The position numbers were made by a program, and so were the translations under genes. From the NCBI RefSeq assembly GCF_009914755.1, contig NC_060932.1: a DNA stretch of 64,000 bases. One strand, 5' to 3'. The notes beneath the pieces were generated by a model. It was given only the letters and a program-made list of their open reading frames with translations. It did no database searches and was not told the DNA's origin. This DNA comes from the human T2T-CHM13v2.0 reference genome, Homo sapiens. How positions within the stretch are numbered: position 1 is the first letter of the stretch; each line of letters opens with the position of its first letter. Shown one piece after another: positions 1 to 16,960 of this stretch.

Positions 1-22
1 TATTAGCCTAGTCACAGGTGTA

Positions 23-306
23 TTTTTTTTTTTTTTAGAGACAGGGTCTCACTTGGTGCAGTCATAGCTCACTGCGGCCTTGACCTCCTGGGCTCAAACG
101 ATCCTCTGACCTCAGCCTTTGGAGTAGCTAGGACTACAGGCCCATGCATGCTACCACACCCAGCTACTTTTTTTATGTTTTTGTAGAGATGGGGTCTCAT
201 GAAACGTCATGAGCCCAGGCTGGTCTCAAACTCCTGGCCTCAAGCAATCTTCCTGCCTCGGTCTCCTGATCCCTAGGATTATAGGCATGAGTCATCGAAC
301 CCAGTC
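23..306 (-). mobile_element. AluJ-type SINE
   Basis: polyT then reverse-complement Alu body. Confidence 0.9.
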
Positions 307-402
307 AGGTTTATCAATTTTATTGATACTTTCAACAAACCAGCTCTTAGTTTTGTTGATTTTTTCTATTGATTTTCTGTTTTCAGTTTCTTTGATTTTT
401 AG

Positions 403-778
<376 letters not shown>

Positions 779-985
779 TAAATTTTCCTGAGGTGGAAGC
801 TTAGGTTGCTGGTTTTGGATATTTCTTCTCTTCTCATATCTCCATTCAATGCTATAAATTTTTCTCTCTGCATTGCTTTCACTGCACCTACAAATTTTGA
901 TAAATGATATTTTCATTTTCATTTAGTTCAAAATGTTTAACAATTTTTCTTGAGACTTCTTCCATGTATTATTTAGAATTATGTT

Positions 986-1197
986 TTTCATTTCCAACTT
1001 TTAAGTGTGGGGTACATGTGCAGGATATGCATGTTTGTTACATAGGTAAATGTGTGCCATGGTGGTTTGCTGCAAAGATAATCCCAGCATCCATTAGCTG
1101 TTCTTCCTGATCCTCTCCCTCCTCCCACCAGGTATAAAGCCCAGCATCCATTAGCTGTTCTTCCTGATCCTCTCCCTCCTCCCACCCCCGCCCTCCA
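986..1197 (-). mobile_element. Short L1PA 3'-end insertion with TSD AATTATGTT
   Basis: ggggtacatgtgcaggatatgcatgtttgttacatagg matches an antisense L1PA 3' end; TSD at 977-985 and 1198-1206. Confidence 0.8.
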
Positions 1198-1729
1198 AAT
1201 TATGTTGTTTAATCTCCAAATATTTGAGAATTTTCCAGCTATTTTTCTGCTATTGATTTCTAGTTAAATTCCATTGTGGTCTGAGAGCATATTTTGAATG
1301 AGTTCCTTTCTTTTACGTTTCTTAAGATGTATTTTATTCAGAATGTGGTCTACCTTTGTCAGTGCTCCATGTGTGCTTGAGAAGAATTTGTAATTTGCTG
1401 TTGCTGGATAAAGTATTCTGTAGATGTCAATTATATTCAGCTGATTGATGGTGCTGTTGAATTCAGCTGTATCTTTACTGATTTTCTGCCTGCTGAATCT
1501 GTCTACTTCTGACAGAGGAGTGTTGAAGTCTCCAATAATAATAGTGAATTCATCTATTTCTTCTCTGCAGGTCTATCAGTTTTTGCCTCATCTAATTTGA
1601 TGCTGTTGTTAGGCACATACATATTGAGTATTGTGATGTCTTCCTGGAGAATTGACCCGTTTGTCGTTATGTAATGTTCTGCTGTATCTCTGATAATTTT
1701 CCTTTCTCAAAAGTCTACTTTGAAATTAA

Positions 1730-2051
<322 letters not shown>

Positions 2052-2130
2052 TGCAGCTTTCTTTTGATTGGTGTTAGCATAGTATGTCTTTCTCCAGCTC
2101 TTGGATTTTATTACATTAAATCTATCACTA

Positions 2131-2265
2131 GGCCAGGCACAGTGGCTCACACCTGTAATCTCGGCAGTTTGGGAGGCTGTGGCAGGCGGGTCACTTGAGG
2201 CCAGGAGTTTGAGACCAACTTGGGCAATATAGGGAGATGCTGACTATCTTTCAAAAAAAGAAAAA
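2131..2265 (+). mobile_element. Alu left monomer/FLAM
   Basis: ggccaggcacagtggctcac to A tail. Confidence 0.85.
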
Positions 2266-2520
2266 AGATATCACTGGTGAAATTATTATTGTGAAAAATG
2301 TAATGAAGTATTCCTGCAAAGGGCAGTACAGTAAGCTACTTTCAGTCATTTATACTTTAGTTTGAATTAGTATATAAGAGACTTTCAATAAACAGGTAAA
2401 GAATACTTTTCGGTGGAGGGAAATGGGGGAGGGGGTGAGGAATTAAGAGTCAGTAACTGAAGGAGGGAGATGGAAGCCCCACAAACAAAAAGAGAGGCAG
2501 TCAGACATAAAAGCCAAAAC

Positions 2521-2887
<367 letters not shown>

Positions 2888-3489
2888 CTAAGTGAATTCA
2901 GTTAACAGGTGTGCGCTGAGTATAGATTTGGGTGTGGAGAGTGAACCAGGAGTGCATCAGGGTTCCCAGGAAACAGCTGGTGACACAGCACCTGGAGACT
3001 CCTCTTCATCTGCCTTGGAACGCATTGCCTCGGAACCAGCTGTGGACACTGAAGGGAAGACAAAACGGACTTCCAGGCTTATTCTCAATGTTCCTCTTTG
3101 CTTCCTTCTTACGGTCACGTCTTTTGCAATCTCAAACCCTTTTCACAAAGGCTGCATCAAGGAAACACAGTATGCCTACTAATACCCAACTCCAGGAATC
3201 CCACTTCCTGTTAAGAGTGTCTTAGTCTTGAGAGGATTTGTCCTGGCAGGACTTGCTTTTTAGCCAAGCCAAGTATGTGGTGTGTCTGTGGGATGATTTG
3301 AGGAGTGTCTGCAAGATTGCCCTGTCCTACTCATGCCAAAAATTTCACCATGAATGAGTCATACCTGTTGCTACCAACACCCCGTTCCGAGAAGGCAAGG
3401 ACACAGAAAGAAGATGGGGCAGCTTCCTTCCTCATTTTTCATGGGGATGGCCCGTGACTAGGGTCTACAGTGGAAATAAGATCTTATGT

Positions 3490-4350
3490 GGAGGAGAAAA
3501 CATATGTGAAGTGTAAGCTAATGTTCATAGCAACATTATTCACGATAGCCAAAATGTGGGAACAATCCAAGTGTTCATCAAATGAATAAACAAAAAGGAA
3601 TGTATATGTACAATATACACTGTACAATAGTACCATATATATGTACTATTCAGCCATAAAAAGAAATGAAGATCAGGCCAGGCATGGTGGCTCACACCTG
3701 TAATCCCAGTACTTTGAGAGGCCAAGGTGGGTGGATTGCTGGTGGAGCCCAGGGCTTCAACACCAGCCTGGGCAACATGGCAAAACCCTGTCTCTACAAA
3801 AAACACAAAAATCAGCCAGGTGTGATGGCACATGCCTGTAGTCCCAGCTACTTGGGAGGCTCAGGTGGGAGAATCACTTAAGCCCAGGAAAATGGAGACT
3901 GCAGTGAGATAGTGCCACTGCGCTCCAGACTGGGTGACAGAGCAAGACACTGTCCTCAAAACCAAAACCAAAATCAACAACAATAAAAAAAACAAGAAAT
4001 GAAATTCTGATACATGCTACAACACGGATGAACTTTGAAAATACTATACTGAAAGAAGCCAGACACAAATGGGCAAATATTGCACGATTCCATTTATATG
4101 AAATATCTAGAACATGGAAATTCATAGAGACAGAAAGCAGATTTGAGCTCACTGGGGTCTAAGGGGAGAGGGGAGTGGAAATTATTGCTTTAATAGATAC
4201 GGAGTTTATCTTATGGGTGATGACAAGCTTTGGAAATAGTGTTGATGGTTGCCTAACATTATGAATATAGTTAATGCTATTGAGCTCTATACTTAAAAAT
4301 GATTAAAATGACAAACTTTATCTTATCTTAAATATTTTACCATAATAAAA
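3490..4350 (+). mobile_element. L1MB-like 3' end (contains AluJ)
   Basis: atgttcatagcaacattattcac; catgctacaacacggatgaac; ttcatagagacagaaagcag. Confidence 0.8.
3676..3995 (+). mobile_element. AluJ SINE
   Basis: Dimeric Alu; TSD aagaaatgaa. Confidence 0.9.
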
Positions 4351-4360
4351 AAGACAGTGA

Positions 4361-4490
4361 AGCCGGGCATGGTGGCTCACACCTGTAATCCCAGGTACTT
4401 TGGGAGGCCGAGGCGGGTGGGTCCTCTGAAGTCAGGAGTTCAAGACCAGCCTGACCAATATGGTGAAACCCCATCTCTACTTAAAAAAAA
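4361..4490 (+). mobile_element. Alu left arm only
   Basis: Alu left monomer ending in an A run. Confidence 0.85.
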
Positions 4491-4979
4491 GGTATATAAT
4501 AATAATAATAGTAAAACAATAGATGTGACTCAAGATTCCTGGCATGGGAATAGACTGAGGGAACTATGGAAAAGAGACAAAATTCAGAGCGGGAAAATGC
4601 AAAGGCCTAGAATTAGAAGCAAACTAAGCTCGTTGGGAAATGGGAACCTGGGTTCAATGAAGTCACCCAGGGCTGGCAGTGAATGAAGCTGGGGAGCTGA
4701 GTGGAGGTCAGATCAGGAGAAGCCTCACGTCCGGCACGAAAGAGGTTGAACCTGGCGCAGCAAGGTTTCTAAGCAGGAAGGAGCATATGGCTGATCAGGT
4801 TTGACTGTGGGCAAAATCACTCCAAAAAGTGTGGGGGATTTATGGCCTGAGAACAGTGGTGAAAGCAGTGAGAGAACCCCGCAGGGTCAGGCCAGGCACG
4901 AGAAAATAGGCTCTAGCCCAGCTCCCACTCCCCAGCGGCCCCTAGTGCCCCTAAAAGCCAGTGTAAGAAACAGGAGACA

Positions 4980-5306
<327 letters not shown>

Positions 5307-5849
5307 TCAGTTCTGTTACCTGATTTAGCACGAGTTTTCCCTGCTCTAACAGGAGACCATATGTCCTTCTCAAGGCCCACCTGGATACCAAGTCTCTAAA
5401 CTGGGGAGGAAGCCCACGTAGAAATTAGCTTAGTGATAAAAAAAAAAAAAAAAAAAAACCCTGTGTGAGCCCTGGACGCTCTAACCTAAATATCTACCTT
5501 CCTGGCAAGGTCTCCTGGGGGAGAAGCGAAAGAAGGGTGTTTTCCTCCCGCCTGAAAATTCGGATTGCCTCTCTTTTGCGCTCCGAAAGAACACGCTTCC
5601 TCCGGGTGTGTCGGGGCTACCTGCCATTCCCCACCCCTGCTGCTCCTCCCTGGACTGACCCACTGCCCATGGCTCCCAGCTCCCCTCTCCCACTGCTGCC
5701 AGTTGGAGGTTCTGCTCCTAACCCCTAAGGGCTGCTTCTTCTGTCTACTTTTCCCCGTGGTGCTCCCAGATACAGCTCCCTGCCGGCAGCCTCCCCACTT
5801 TGAGACCCTGTTAACTCAGTCACCTGGGCCCCAGCTCCTTGTTCAGTGA

Positions 5850-6328
<479 letters not shown>

Positions 6329-6859
6329 GGCTTCTGATTCTTGCAGACAGACTCCTGCAAGAAAAAAACTGATCCCACAGTGCCAGGCAGGGCTTCATTT
6401 CTCTGAGATCTGCTAGGTCCCCACCACCTCAGCAGGCAGGGCCAGTGCTTCCTAACATTGTAGAACTTCTCATTTCACCCCTGTGGTCAGGCTAACTGAG
6501 AGAGGGCTCAGTTCACAAGCACATTCTGCAGGCTCCTATGGAACTTGAACTAGAGCTCTGAGTTCTTCAGCAGGATGGATTGTGTGTGCCATCCAAGAAT
6601 GGGGATGCTGTTTCCCATAACTGCCAACCCCTGTCCTCTCATGTTCCTGAGGTTCAAATGCAAGAGATGCTGCCCCTACACCGGTCTCAGGCATTTGGAC
6701 CGGAATCCAGGCACATTACATACCCCATGTAGGCTTCATGGCCTCTAGGCTGTCTTAGCTCATTAACATCTCGCAGTTAAACTGGAAAGGCCAGAAAGGT
6801 GTTAAACAGAAACAAAAACACTGTAATCAATTTGGTTTGACTATATTTAACCGTTTAGC

Positions 6860-7167
6860 TTTTCTTTTGTTTTCTTTTCTTTTTTTTAAGAGATAGGGTC
6901 TCACTCTATCACTCAGCCTGTAGTACAGTGATGTAATCATTAGCTCACTGCAGCCCTGAACTCCTAGGCTCAAGTGATCCTCCTGCCTCAGCCTACTAAG
7001 TAGCTGGGGCTATGGTGGGCACCATCATGCCTGGATAACTTGCTTATTTTTGTAGAGACTGGGTCTGGCTATCTTGCCCAGGCTGGTCTCTAACTTCTGA
7101 GCTCAAGCGATCCTCCCCTCTCAGCCTCCCAAAGTGCTGGGATTTCAGATGTGAGCCACAGTGCCCA
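6860..7167 (-). mobile_element. AluJ SINE
   Basis: Diverged dimeric Alu. Confidence 0.88.
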
Positions 7168-7274
7168 TTGTTGGCTTTTTGATACATTTAAGATCATGTA
7201 CATTACTGTTAATTATGATTGTTTTTGTCATTCAGTGTGTGTGATTTTCCAAAGATTACACTTTGAATCTCCAG

Positions 7275-7687
7275 GTGTGCACTGAATTGTCCCCCTCCTT
7301 CCCCACTGACAGGCTGAAGTCCTAAGCCCCAGTACCTCAGAATATGACCTTATTTGGAAATCAGATGATTGCAGATGTAATTAGTTAAGATGAGGGCATG
7401 CTGGAGTAGGGTAGGGTGGGCCCCAAATCTAATATGACTGGTGTTCTTATAAAAGGGGGATATATTTGGACACAGGAAAAATGCCACGTGTACATGAAGC
7501 TGGCCATCTACAACCCAGGAGAGAGGCCTGGAACAATCTTTCCTCACAGTCATCAGAACTGGAACCAACACTGCCCACACCTTGAACACAGGCTTCCAGC
7601 GTCCAGGACTGTGAGACAGCACACGTCTGCTGATTTAGCCCCCTAGCTTATGGCACTTTCTGACAGCAGCGCTAGCTAACCAATACA
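7275..7687 (+). mobile_element. MLT1 (MLT1B-like) MaLR solo LTR
   Basis: gaagtcctaagccccagtacctcagaatatgaccttatttggaaat; ends ctaaccaataca. Confidence 0.85.
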
Positions 7688-8301
7688 CTCCCTGCTAAAT
7701 GTACTTTTCCATTTGTGCCCCACCAGGGTTTGCAGACAAGCAAAATTGTCATAGTTCCCTAACGCCTCAGAATGTTTTCTTCCTGGATCACTTTTTATAA
7801 TTATTACTTACAGTGAGGGAAAACTGAAATATTGCAATGCCATCCACAATTAGGATTAGTCCCAACCACTCAGAAACGTTAAAAACTGATCTAATAAAAA
7901 TAAAGAACCTTAAGACGCATTAAACTCTAAGCTACTTGGAAGCTGCTTCTTCTGTTTGTGGACACGCAGATTTGCCACAGTTGAAATCACTGGCCACGTG
8001 CTGTCTTGTGTGTGTTTGTCACTTAACATCGCATGACAGAAATATTTCCACGTAGTGACAATGTTCATATTCTTATTTAAATAGCGACTTACTAGTCATT
8101 TGTTATATTCTCATTTTTCACTACATTTTTGTGTAATTTATTTTTTAACTGCATTTAAACTTTTTCCTCGGGGCATGTACGGGAAGAGTTCTGGATTCCA
8201 ATTTTAGCCCCTGTCACACAGAACCCCGTTCTTCTCTAGACTGAGCTGATCTGTGGTTTCCCCAGAAATAAAAACGACGCGTGCAGGTTTCTCCCTCCCC
8301 T

Positions 8302-8309
8302 TGACGTCA
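8302..8309. promoter_or_regulatory. Full CRE palindrome TGACGTCA (CREB/ATF site)
   Basis: Exact TGACGTCA at the 5' edge of the CpG island. Confidence 0.6.
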
Positions 8310-8568
8310 TTTCGTTTGATCCTTTGTAATGATTTTCCCTAGTTTCGAAAGCTTGCCCTAGTCTTAACGCTGTTTTCGCGTTTCCTTATGTCGCTAAGCG
8401 GGAGGTAGCCCCGCACTCTAAGCATCCGGCTCATTTTCATGTTTTACCGGACCCCAGCGACCGGCGCCCTCTGCGCTAGGCGCCCGGTGCCGTATAGCCC
8501 TCCGCCGTGCGCAGCCGGGTGCTGGTGTTGTTGCAGCGGCGCCCGCCAGGAGGCAGCGCAGGCTCGGC

Positions 8569-8573
8569 ATTGG
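8569..8573 (-). promoter_or_regulatory. Inverted CCAAT box (NF-Y)
   Basis: ATTGG in context GCATTGGCTG within the island, next to a ZNF143-like site. Confidence 0.45.
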
Positions 8574-8580
8574 CTGCGGC

Positions 8581-8596
8581 GTCCCACAATGCACCG
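8581..8596 (+). promoter_or_regulatory. ZNF143/Staf binding motif
   Basis: GTCCCACAATGCACCG closely matches the ZNF143 consensus core CCCAYAATGCAY. Confidence 0.6.
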
Positions 8597-8894
8597 GGCT
8601 CTGGGGCCTGCACGACAGTCTTGAACCCAGCTGCGGGGCCGCGAGAAGGCGGGCCCGGGAGCCGGCGAGGGCGGGGCCTCCGAGGAAAGGGCCGGGAGCC
8701 GACGCGGAGGCGGTGGGCGGGGCGTTAGGGGGCGGGGCCGGGAGCCGCCGAGGGGGCGGTGGGCGGGGTATTCGGGGGGCGGAGCCGGGAGCCTCCCAGG
8801 GGGCAGTGGGTGGGACCGGGAGCCGGCCGGCCGGGCCGGGGATGCGGTGAGCCGAGGGCGGGGCCTCAGGGGGCGGGACCGTGGAGAGGGCGGG

Positions 8895-8966
8895 GCCGGG
8901 CCGCTGGCGCTGTCGCCGGCTGCAGTGGCCGCCGCTGGAGACCGCGGGACCTGGCGCTGCAGCGAG
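8895..8966 (+). other. Putative non-coding first exon (start approximate) ending at donor GAG|GTAGGG
   Basis: Lies just downstream of the GC-box cluster; no ATG; donor GT at 8967-8968. Confidence 0.5.
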
Positions 8967-10437
8967 GTAGGGGCTCTTCGGGATCTTCCCTTTCGGGGGT
9001 GGGAAGTCTTTTCTTCGTCGTGCCAACGGGAGAAGCGGCGAGCTGCTAAAATTTAGAGACGGCTTCGCACTTCTCGCTGTAGCCCGGGCTTTACCCGGGG
9101 GATCGATTTTAAAACTCTTTGTCTGGCCCCGTCGTCCTGCCCGCGGGCCGGACGTGGGGCGCCTGCTCTGGGCGTCTGGGGCGGGCGATTGCAAGCTCGC
9201 GGTCCATGTCCCCTGCCTCGGAGTGTGGACGTGAACTCCGGGGTGGGCTGGGCTGGGTTTCTACAGAGGCGGGAATTTGTGAGAACTGGGAGAGTGTGGC
9301 TGTCGGCAGGGGTCCGTATCACACTGTGGGCGGGGGTCCCGACCCCTGCTGCCTCGGGTACGGGGTAAGCGGCATCTGCCACGCGCCCGCCTCGCGCGCT
9401 GTCAGGAGGCGCTGTCCCCGTGGGTAAGCCCGTGCCGTGGGTGCCCTCCAGTCCCTGCAGCCCCAAACACACCTACCCCAGAGGACACCACAGAATGCGG
9501 ACCCCAAAGCCAGCCGTACCTGCGAGCCCCTCAGCACAGCTGACTTTAATTTGGGATCCCACAATTTGAGCTTTTCAAAAGTTAAGTTTGGCAGATTGGA
9601 AGCCCGGGAATAGGGGGCGCTCGGAATGCTGAGTTTTGTTGGTGTTTGTCCTCAGCCTGTTTCTGGGTCACCCTGCAGGGCTCCATCCGTTCAGTCTCAC
9701 CCCTTGGTAAGCATGTCCTGTCCTGAAGGCTCCATGCTGAAAGTCTAGACCCCATCTTTGCCTACTTTTCAAGGCTTGGCAAAGCACGTGTGTCTTTTGA
9801 TCCTTATCCCCCATGTAACATAATTCATGTTTTTAAAGATATGTTTTTATTTAAAACCTTCCCCCTATATTTTCATTCCCATAAATACGAATTGGTTGAT
9901 TTTACTTGTGAACTCCTTTAGGCATTTAGTAATAAAGGTTATAATTAGGAAAACTGAAAGATATTCATCAGGTAAACATGATCCTCCTTAACAAATTTGC
10001 TGCTCGTAAAAGGCAGCAGATGGGAAATCAGGCAAGCTTGGTTTTAAAACGTTTCTGCCTCTGAGAAGGTTGAACTATTAATATTATATTTATTGTTCAT
10101 TCCAAGTCTAAAATGCTAGCAATGAACTCACATTCCTTTTTTGCTAGACAGTCATACCTGTTGACTTGAGATAATAAGAAAATTCTCCTCATCCCCAGAA
10201 CTGAAGAAAATTCTTTCCAATTGTTCTCACCTTACCTATCCCCAGGGAAAGGAGATAAGTCTCAGAGTTGTTGGGATTCTAAATATTTTGTTAAGCAGAA
10301 ATTCCTGCTGGTCCTTAACAAACTCTGAGTACTTTGCTCTGGAATTATCAGTTCTTTTTCAAAATGTGAAATTATGAATTGCCTATTACATACAATATTC
10401 CACATCTCACGTTAATATTCATTTAAAAGCATTGTGA

Positions 10438-10765
<328 letters not shown>

Positions 10766-11749
10766 TTAAAAGATTAAAAACAAGAAAAAATTAGTATATG
10801 TTAGTGATTACCATTTTGACTTCCCTGGAGGGACAATAAACCCAAAAGATAAAACCAAAATCTAGTTATTAATAGTCACCGACACCATAAGAACTAGAAG
10901 GCACCATCTGAAGCTTAAAAGGAAGTTTAAAAACATGTTAAATTCAGACAATAACTTTGCACAGTGGTTTGCAAACATCAGTAAACCCAAACCCTCAAGT
11001 GATTCCTATGGAAAGACACTGACACTCAGATCAAGAAATTTAAATACAAATTCATGGGCTAACTAAAAAAATAAGCAGATCAAGTATCTCCAGCATCAAC
11101 TGTGAATACACACACGTTAGGTTAATTTAAAAAATGACCCACTGTTTTTTACAATCTTCCAATGCCTGTATGCTTCCAAAAAGGCACAGCTGGCATACTT
11201 TTTGCTTCTAAAGGAGGTAAACTTTAAAAACTGACCCGCAGTTACAGACCGGCACTTAGAGGAGTTAACTCAAACAGGTGAGTGACTCACCAATTACTCA
11301 TTTTTTCTGCAGATTATTTACCTACTAAGTGCAAGACTGGACTCATAGCTTTAGCTCACTCCTAGTGAAAACACTGCACATAGGATCTATAAATGGAGGC
11401 TGTGTCATCAAGACCTCAGAAGTAGGGGCCGGCATATTTCTTAGACACTGATGAAACAGAAACATCTCTCAGAAGAACCATAAAGACATGAGTAGCTCTG
11501 TGTTAAAACACATCATTTATTTTGAAGGGAAAAAGGAACGCAGAAAGAACAATAGAGAGGAACTCAGAGCATTTCCTCTGTGGCTTCCCCCTTTGTGGTG
11601 CCAATTTAAAACAAAATTATTGTCTAATGATACTAATTTTTAAATAATAGTCATGTAATGTGAGGTTATAGAAGTAGTTATTCTGAAGGAGATAGTCACT
11701 CATACATGAACTGTCCAGGTTTCCAATAATAAAAACATCACTCTATTCC

Positions 11750-12620
<871 letters not shown>

Positions 12621-13050
12621 TTGGTGGAACGTGTGGCCAAATGGTCATGCATTCCTAGACATTATCAGCTTTCTTAGACATGATTTCATTTGGTTTTTGT
12701 AACCACCCTTTGCTTTTTGTAGGGTAGATTAATAGGCGCATTCTGTAAGTGTTTACTTAGGCACTTTGTGTTCACTATCCCTGAATCTTATAAAAACCCT
12801 GTAAGTTGAGTATTATTAGCCCACTTCCCAGAAGCGTGTACTGAGGCACTGGTGAGGGCAGAGGCACAATCAGCTCCAGGTGCAGTCTTTTCATACAGGG
12901 CTCATTCTGAACAGCAGATTGGTCCTTGCCTCTGAAGACTGAGGTGGGACAGCCCTTCCAGGTAAACCCACACCTCAGGCGTCAGCATGGGAGTGAGACC
13001 GCAGTGCCTGGCTTCTCAAGCAATACTGTTTATGCATTTAAAAGTCCCCT

Positions 13051-13653
<603 letters not shown>

Positions 13654-13679
13654 AGTCTCCTTGAAAAAGATCATATAGA

Positions 13680-14740
<1,061 letters not shown>

Positions 14741-14785
14741 AAGTCCTATGGTATGTCACGTTATGATCAGATTCCCAAGGCCTAG

Positions 14786-15040
<255 letters not shown>

Positions 15041-15169
15041 TGATAAGGAAGACTAGGAAATGCAACCAGGAAGATTAAAATGGGCATCTCATAGATTCCA
15101 GCCCAAGGAAAGAATGCTGGCTGGATTCCTGGAGGAAAAATCACAGAATGAGAAGCTGGAAGGTGGCAG

Positions 15170-15290
15170 AGATGGCATTTAGTTCAACTTCCTCTTTTTA
15201 CAGATGAGAACGGTGAGGCCCGAGCTATCCAGTGACTGCCTAGGGTCACTGAGCAACTTCAAGCAAAGGGAGGATGTGAAGCCAAAACCT
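15170..15290 (-). mobile_element. MIR SINE
   Basis: MIR core ttttacagatgagaacggtgaggccc, gtgactgcctagggtcac. Confidence 0.7.
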
Positions 15291-16203
15291 GTCCACCCTC
15301 CCCCACCCCCACCCTCCAATTCCCCCTGAAAGACAACCAGTGCCTGGTACTGAGAAGGAATCTCTGGGCTGACTGACAAAGATGTGCTCTGGCTTGCTTT
15401 TCAAGCAGAAAACAAACCGAGTTTTCCATCTCAATCAGTCTTGCTACAGCACATTCATAGGACTACCATGGCTGAAGAGATTTGGGTGCTTAGAATTTGG
15501 TGTTTGGTTGCTGGCTGTCTAGGTATCAAGGTGGGAAAGTGGTGACGTTAGAGTGAGTTAGTTCATTCATTCATTCATTATCAAATATCTGAGGGCCGAC
15601 AACGTGTCAAATATCTTCTCCAATTTCTAGTTTTTCTATCTAGTAACAACCATCTGCCATCTTTATTCTAGATGTTCTGCCAGTTGCCCTTGGACATAAA
15701 CTCCTTTTATGTAAGCTTTCGTTGACTCCTGGATGGGGCCCCTCGGGAATAGGTAGAGTTGGAGGGGAGATGTTATGAGATGAAGGTGGGCGGTGCCAAA
15801 TGCCAGAGACAGTTTCAGTTCCATCAAGGAAGCCACCCAGAGCTACAGGGTTCCAATTCGGATGTGTGTCTAGGGGCTCTAAGATGCAGAAGGACTGGAA
15901 TCCTGTTGGTGTAACTTGCTCCGGCAGAGACCAGGTATGGGGATTGCCTGGAGGTCTTAATGCCTGCATGGAGGTTCCCAGTGATACATGCAGCAGAAAA
16001 CCCAAAAGACAGACTAAAAGGAGAGCTATTCAGAGATAAGCAGAGATGCAAGAGAGAGAGAGAGATGTGGAAGGGGGTGCAATCTGGAAGAACCACAATT
16101 TTCCTGGGACGACATCCCAATCTTGTGGCCTCTAAGGATAAAGCCAGGTTGACTCATCACGATGATGCATAAAGGTAGATAGAGCCTCTTTTTCTTTTTT
16201 AAC

Positions 16204-16555
16204 TGATATGGTTTGGCTATGTCCCCACCCAAATCTCATCTTGAATTGTTGCTCCCATAATCTCCATGTGTCGTGGGAGGGACCTGGTGGGAGGTAATTG
16301 ATACATGGGGGCAGGTTTTTCCCATGCTGCTCTCGTGATAGTGAATAAGTCTCATGAGATCTGATCGTTTTATAAAGGGGAGTTCTCCTGCACACACACT
16401 CTTGCCTGCTGCCATGTAAGATGTGCCTTTGCTCCTCTGCCTTCTGCTGTGATTGTGAGACCTCCCCAGCCATGTGGAACTGTGAGTCCATTAAACCTCT
16501 TTTTCTTTATAAATTACCCAGTCTCGGGTATGTCTTTATTAGCAGTACTAATACA
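16204..16555 (+). mobile_element. THE1-type MaLR solo LTR
   Basis: tgatatggtttggctatgtccccacccaaatctc to actaataca; 5-bp TSD TTAAC on both sides. Confidence 0.92.
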
Positions 16556-16639
16556 TTAACCCACTAACCCACTATTTGTATCTGCTTGCTTCCAGGAGAG
16601 TTGAGTTGTAGACTACAAGATAAAACATAACTTAAAAAA

Positions 16640-16960
16640 TAAGGCACTAGGGTAGTTTAGTAAAACAATGGCCAGCTTTGAAACCACTTATCAAACTCTG
16701 GAACCTTGGAAAAATTACCTAACCTACCAGAATGTTACGTTTCCTCATCTGTAAAATGCAGTAACAACTTTACAGAGTTGTTGGGAGAATTAGAAATCCA
16801 TTAATGTTTTCATTCAGCACTTTTACTGAGTGCCACGTTAGTGGCAATACTGTGTTAGGAGCAGAACAGGTAAGGATGGGTAAGACATGGTGCCTGCCAT
16901 TGAGAGGCTTATAACTGGGGCGGAGGAAGACAGACACGTAGATAGACAAGTGGGTGAGGT
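16640..16960. mobile_element. MIR (about 16640-16800) followed by an L2 fragment
   Basis: tttcctcatctgtaaaatg; ttcattcagcacttttactgagtgcc. Confidence 0.65.

Larger units (their letters stand above)
8280..9620 (+). promoter_or_regulatory. CpG island promoter (TATA-less, GC-box rich) of an unidentified gene, probably transcribed on + strand
   Basis: Very high GC and CpG density against CpG-depleted flanks; repeated GGGCGG/GGGGCGGGG boxes at about 8650-8900; + strand splice donors follow the GC-box cluster. Confidence 0.92.

Noticed and set aside
8418-9194. 258-aa ORF on the - strand and overlapping ORFs in the CpG island
   Set aside because: Non-ATG start, Pro/Ala/Arg-rich low complexity; long ORFs are expected from stop depletion in GC-rich DNA; no recognisable domain
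11278-11312. GT...AG mini-intron
   Set aside because: 35 nt is too short for a spliceosomal intron
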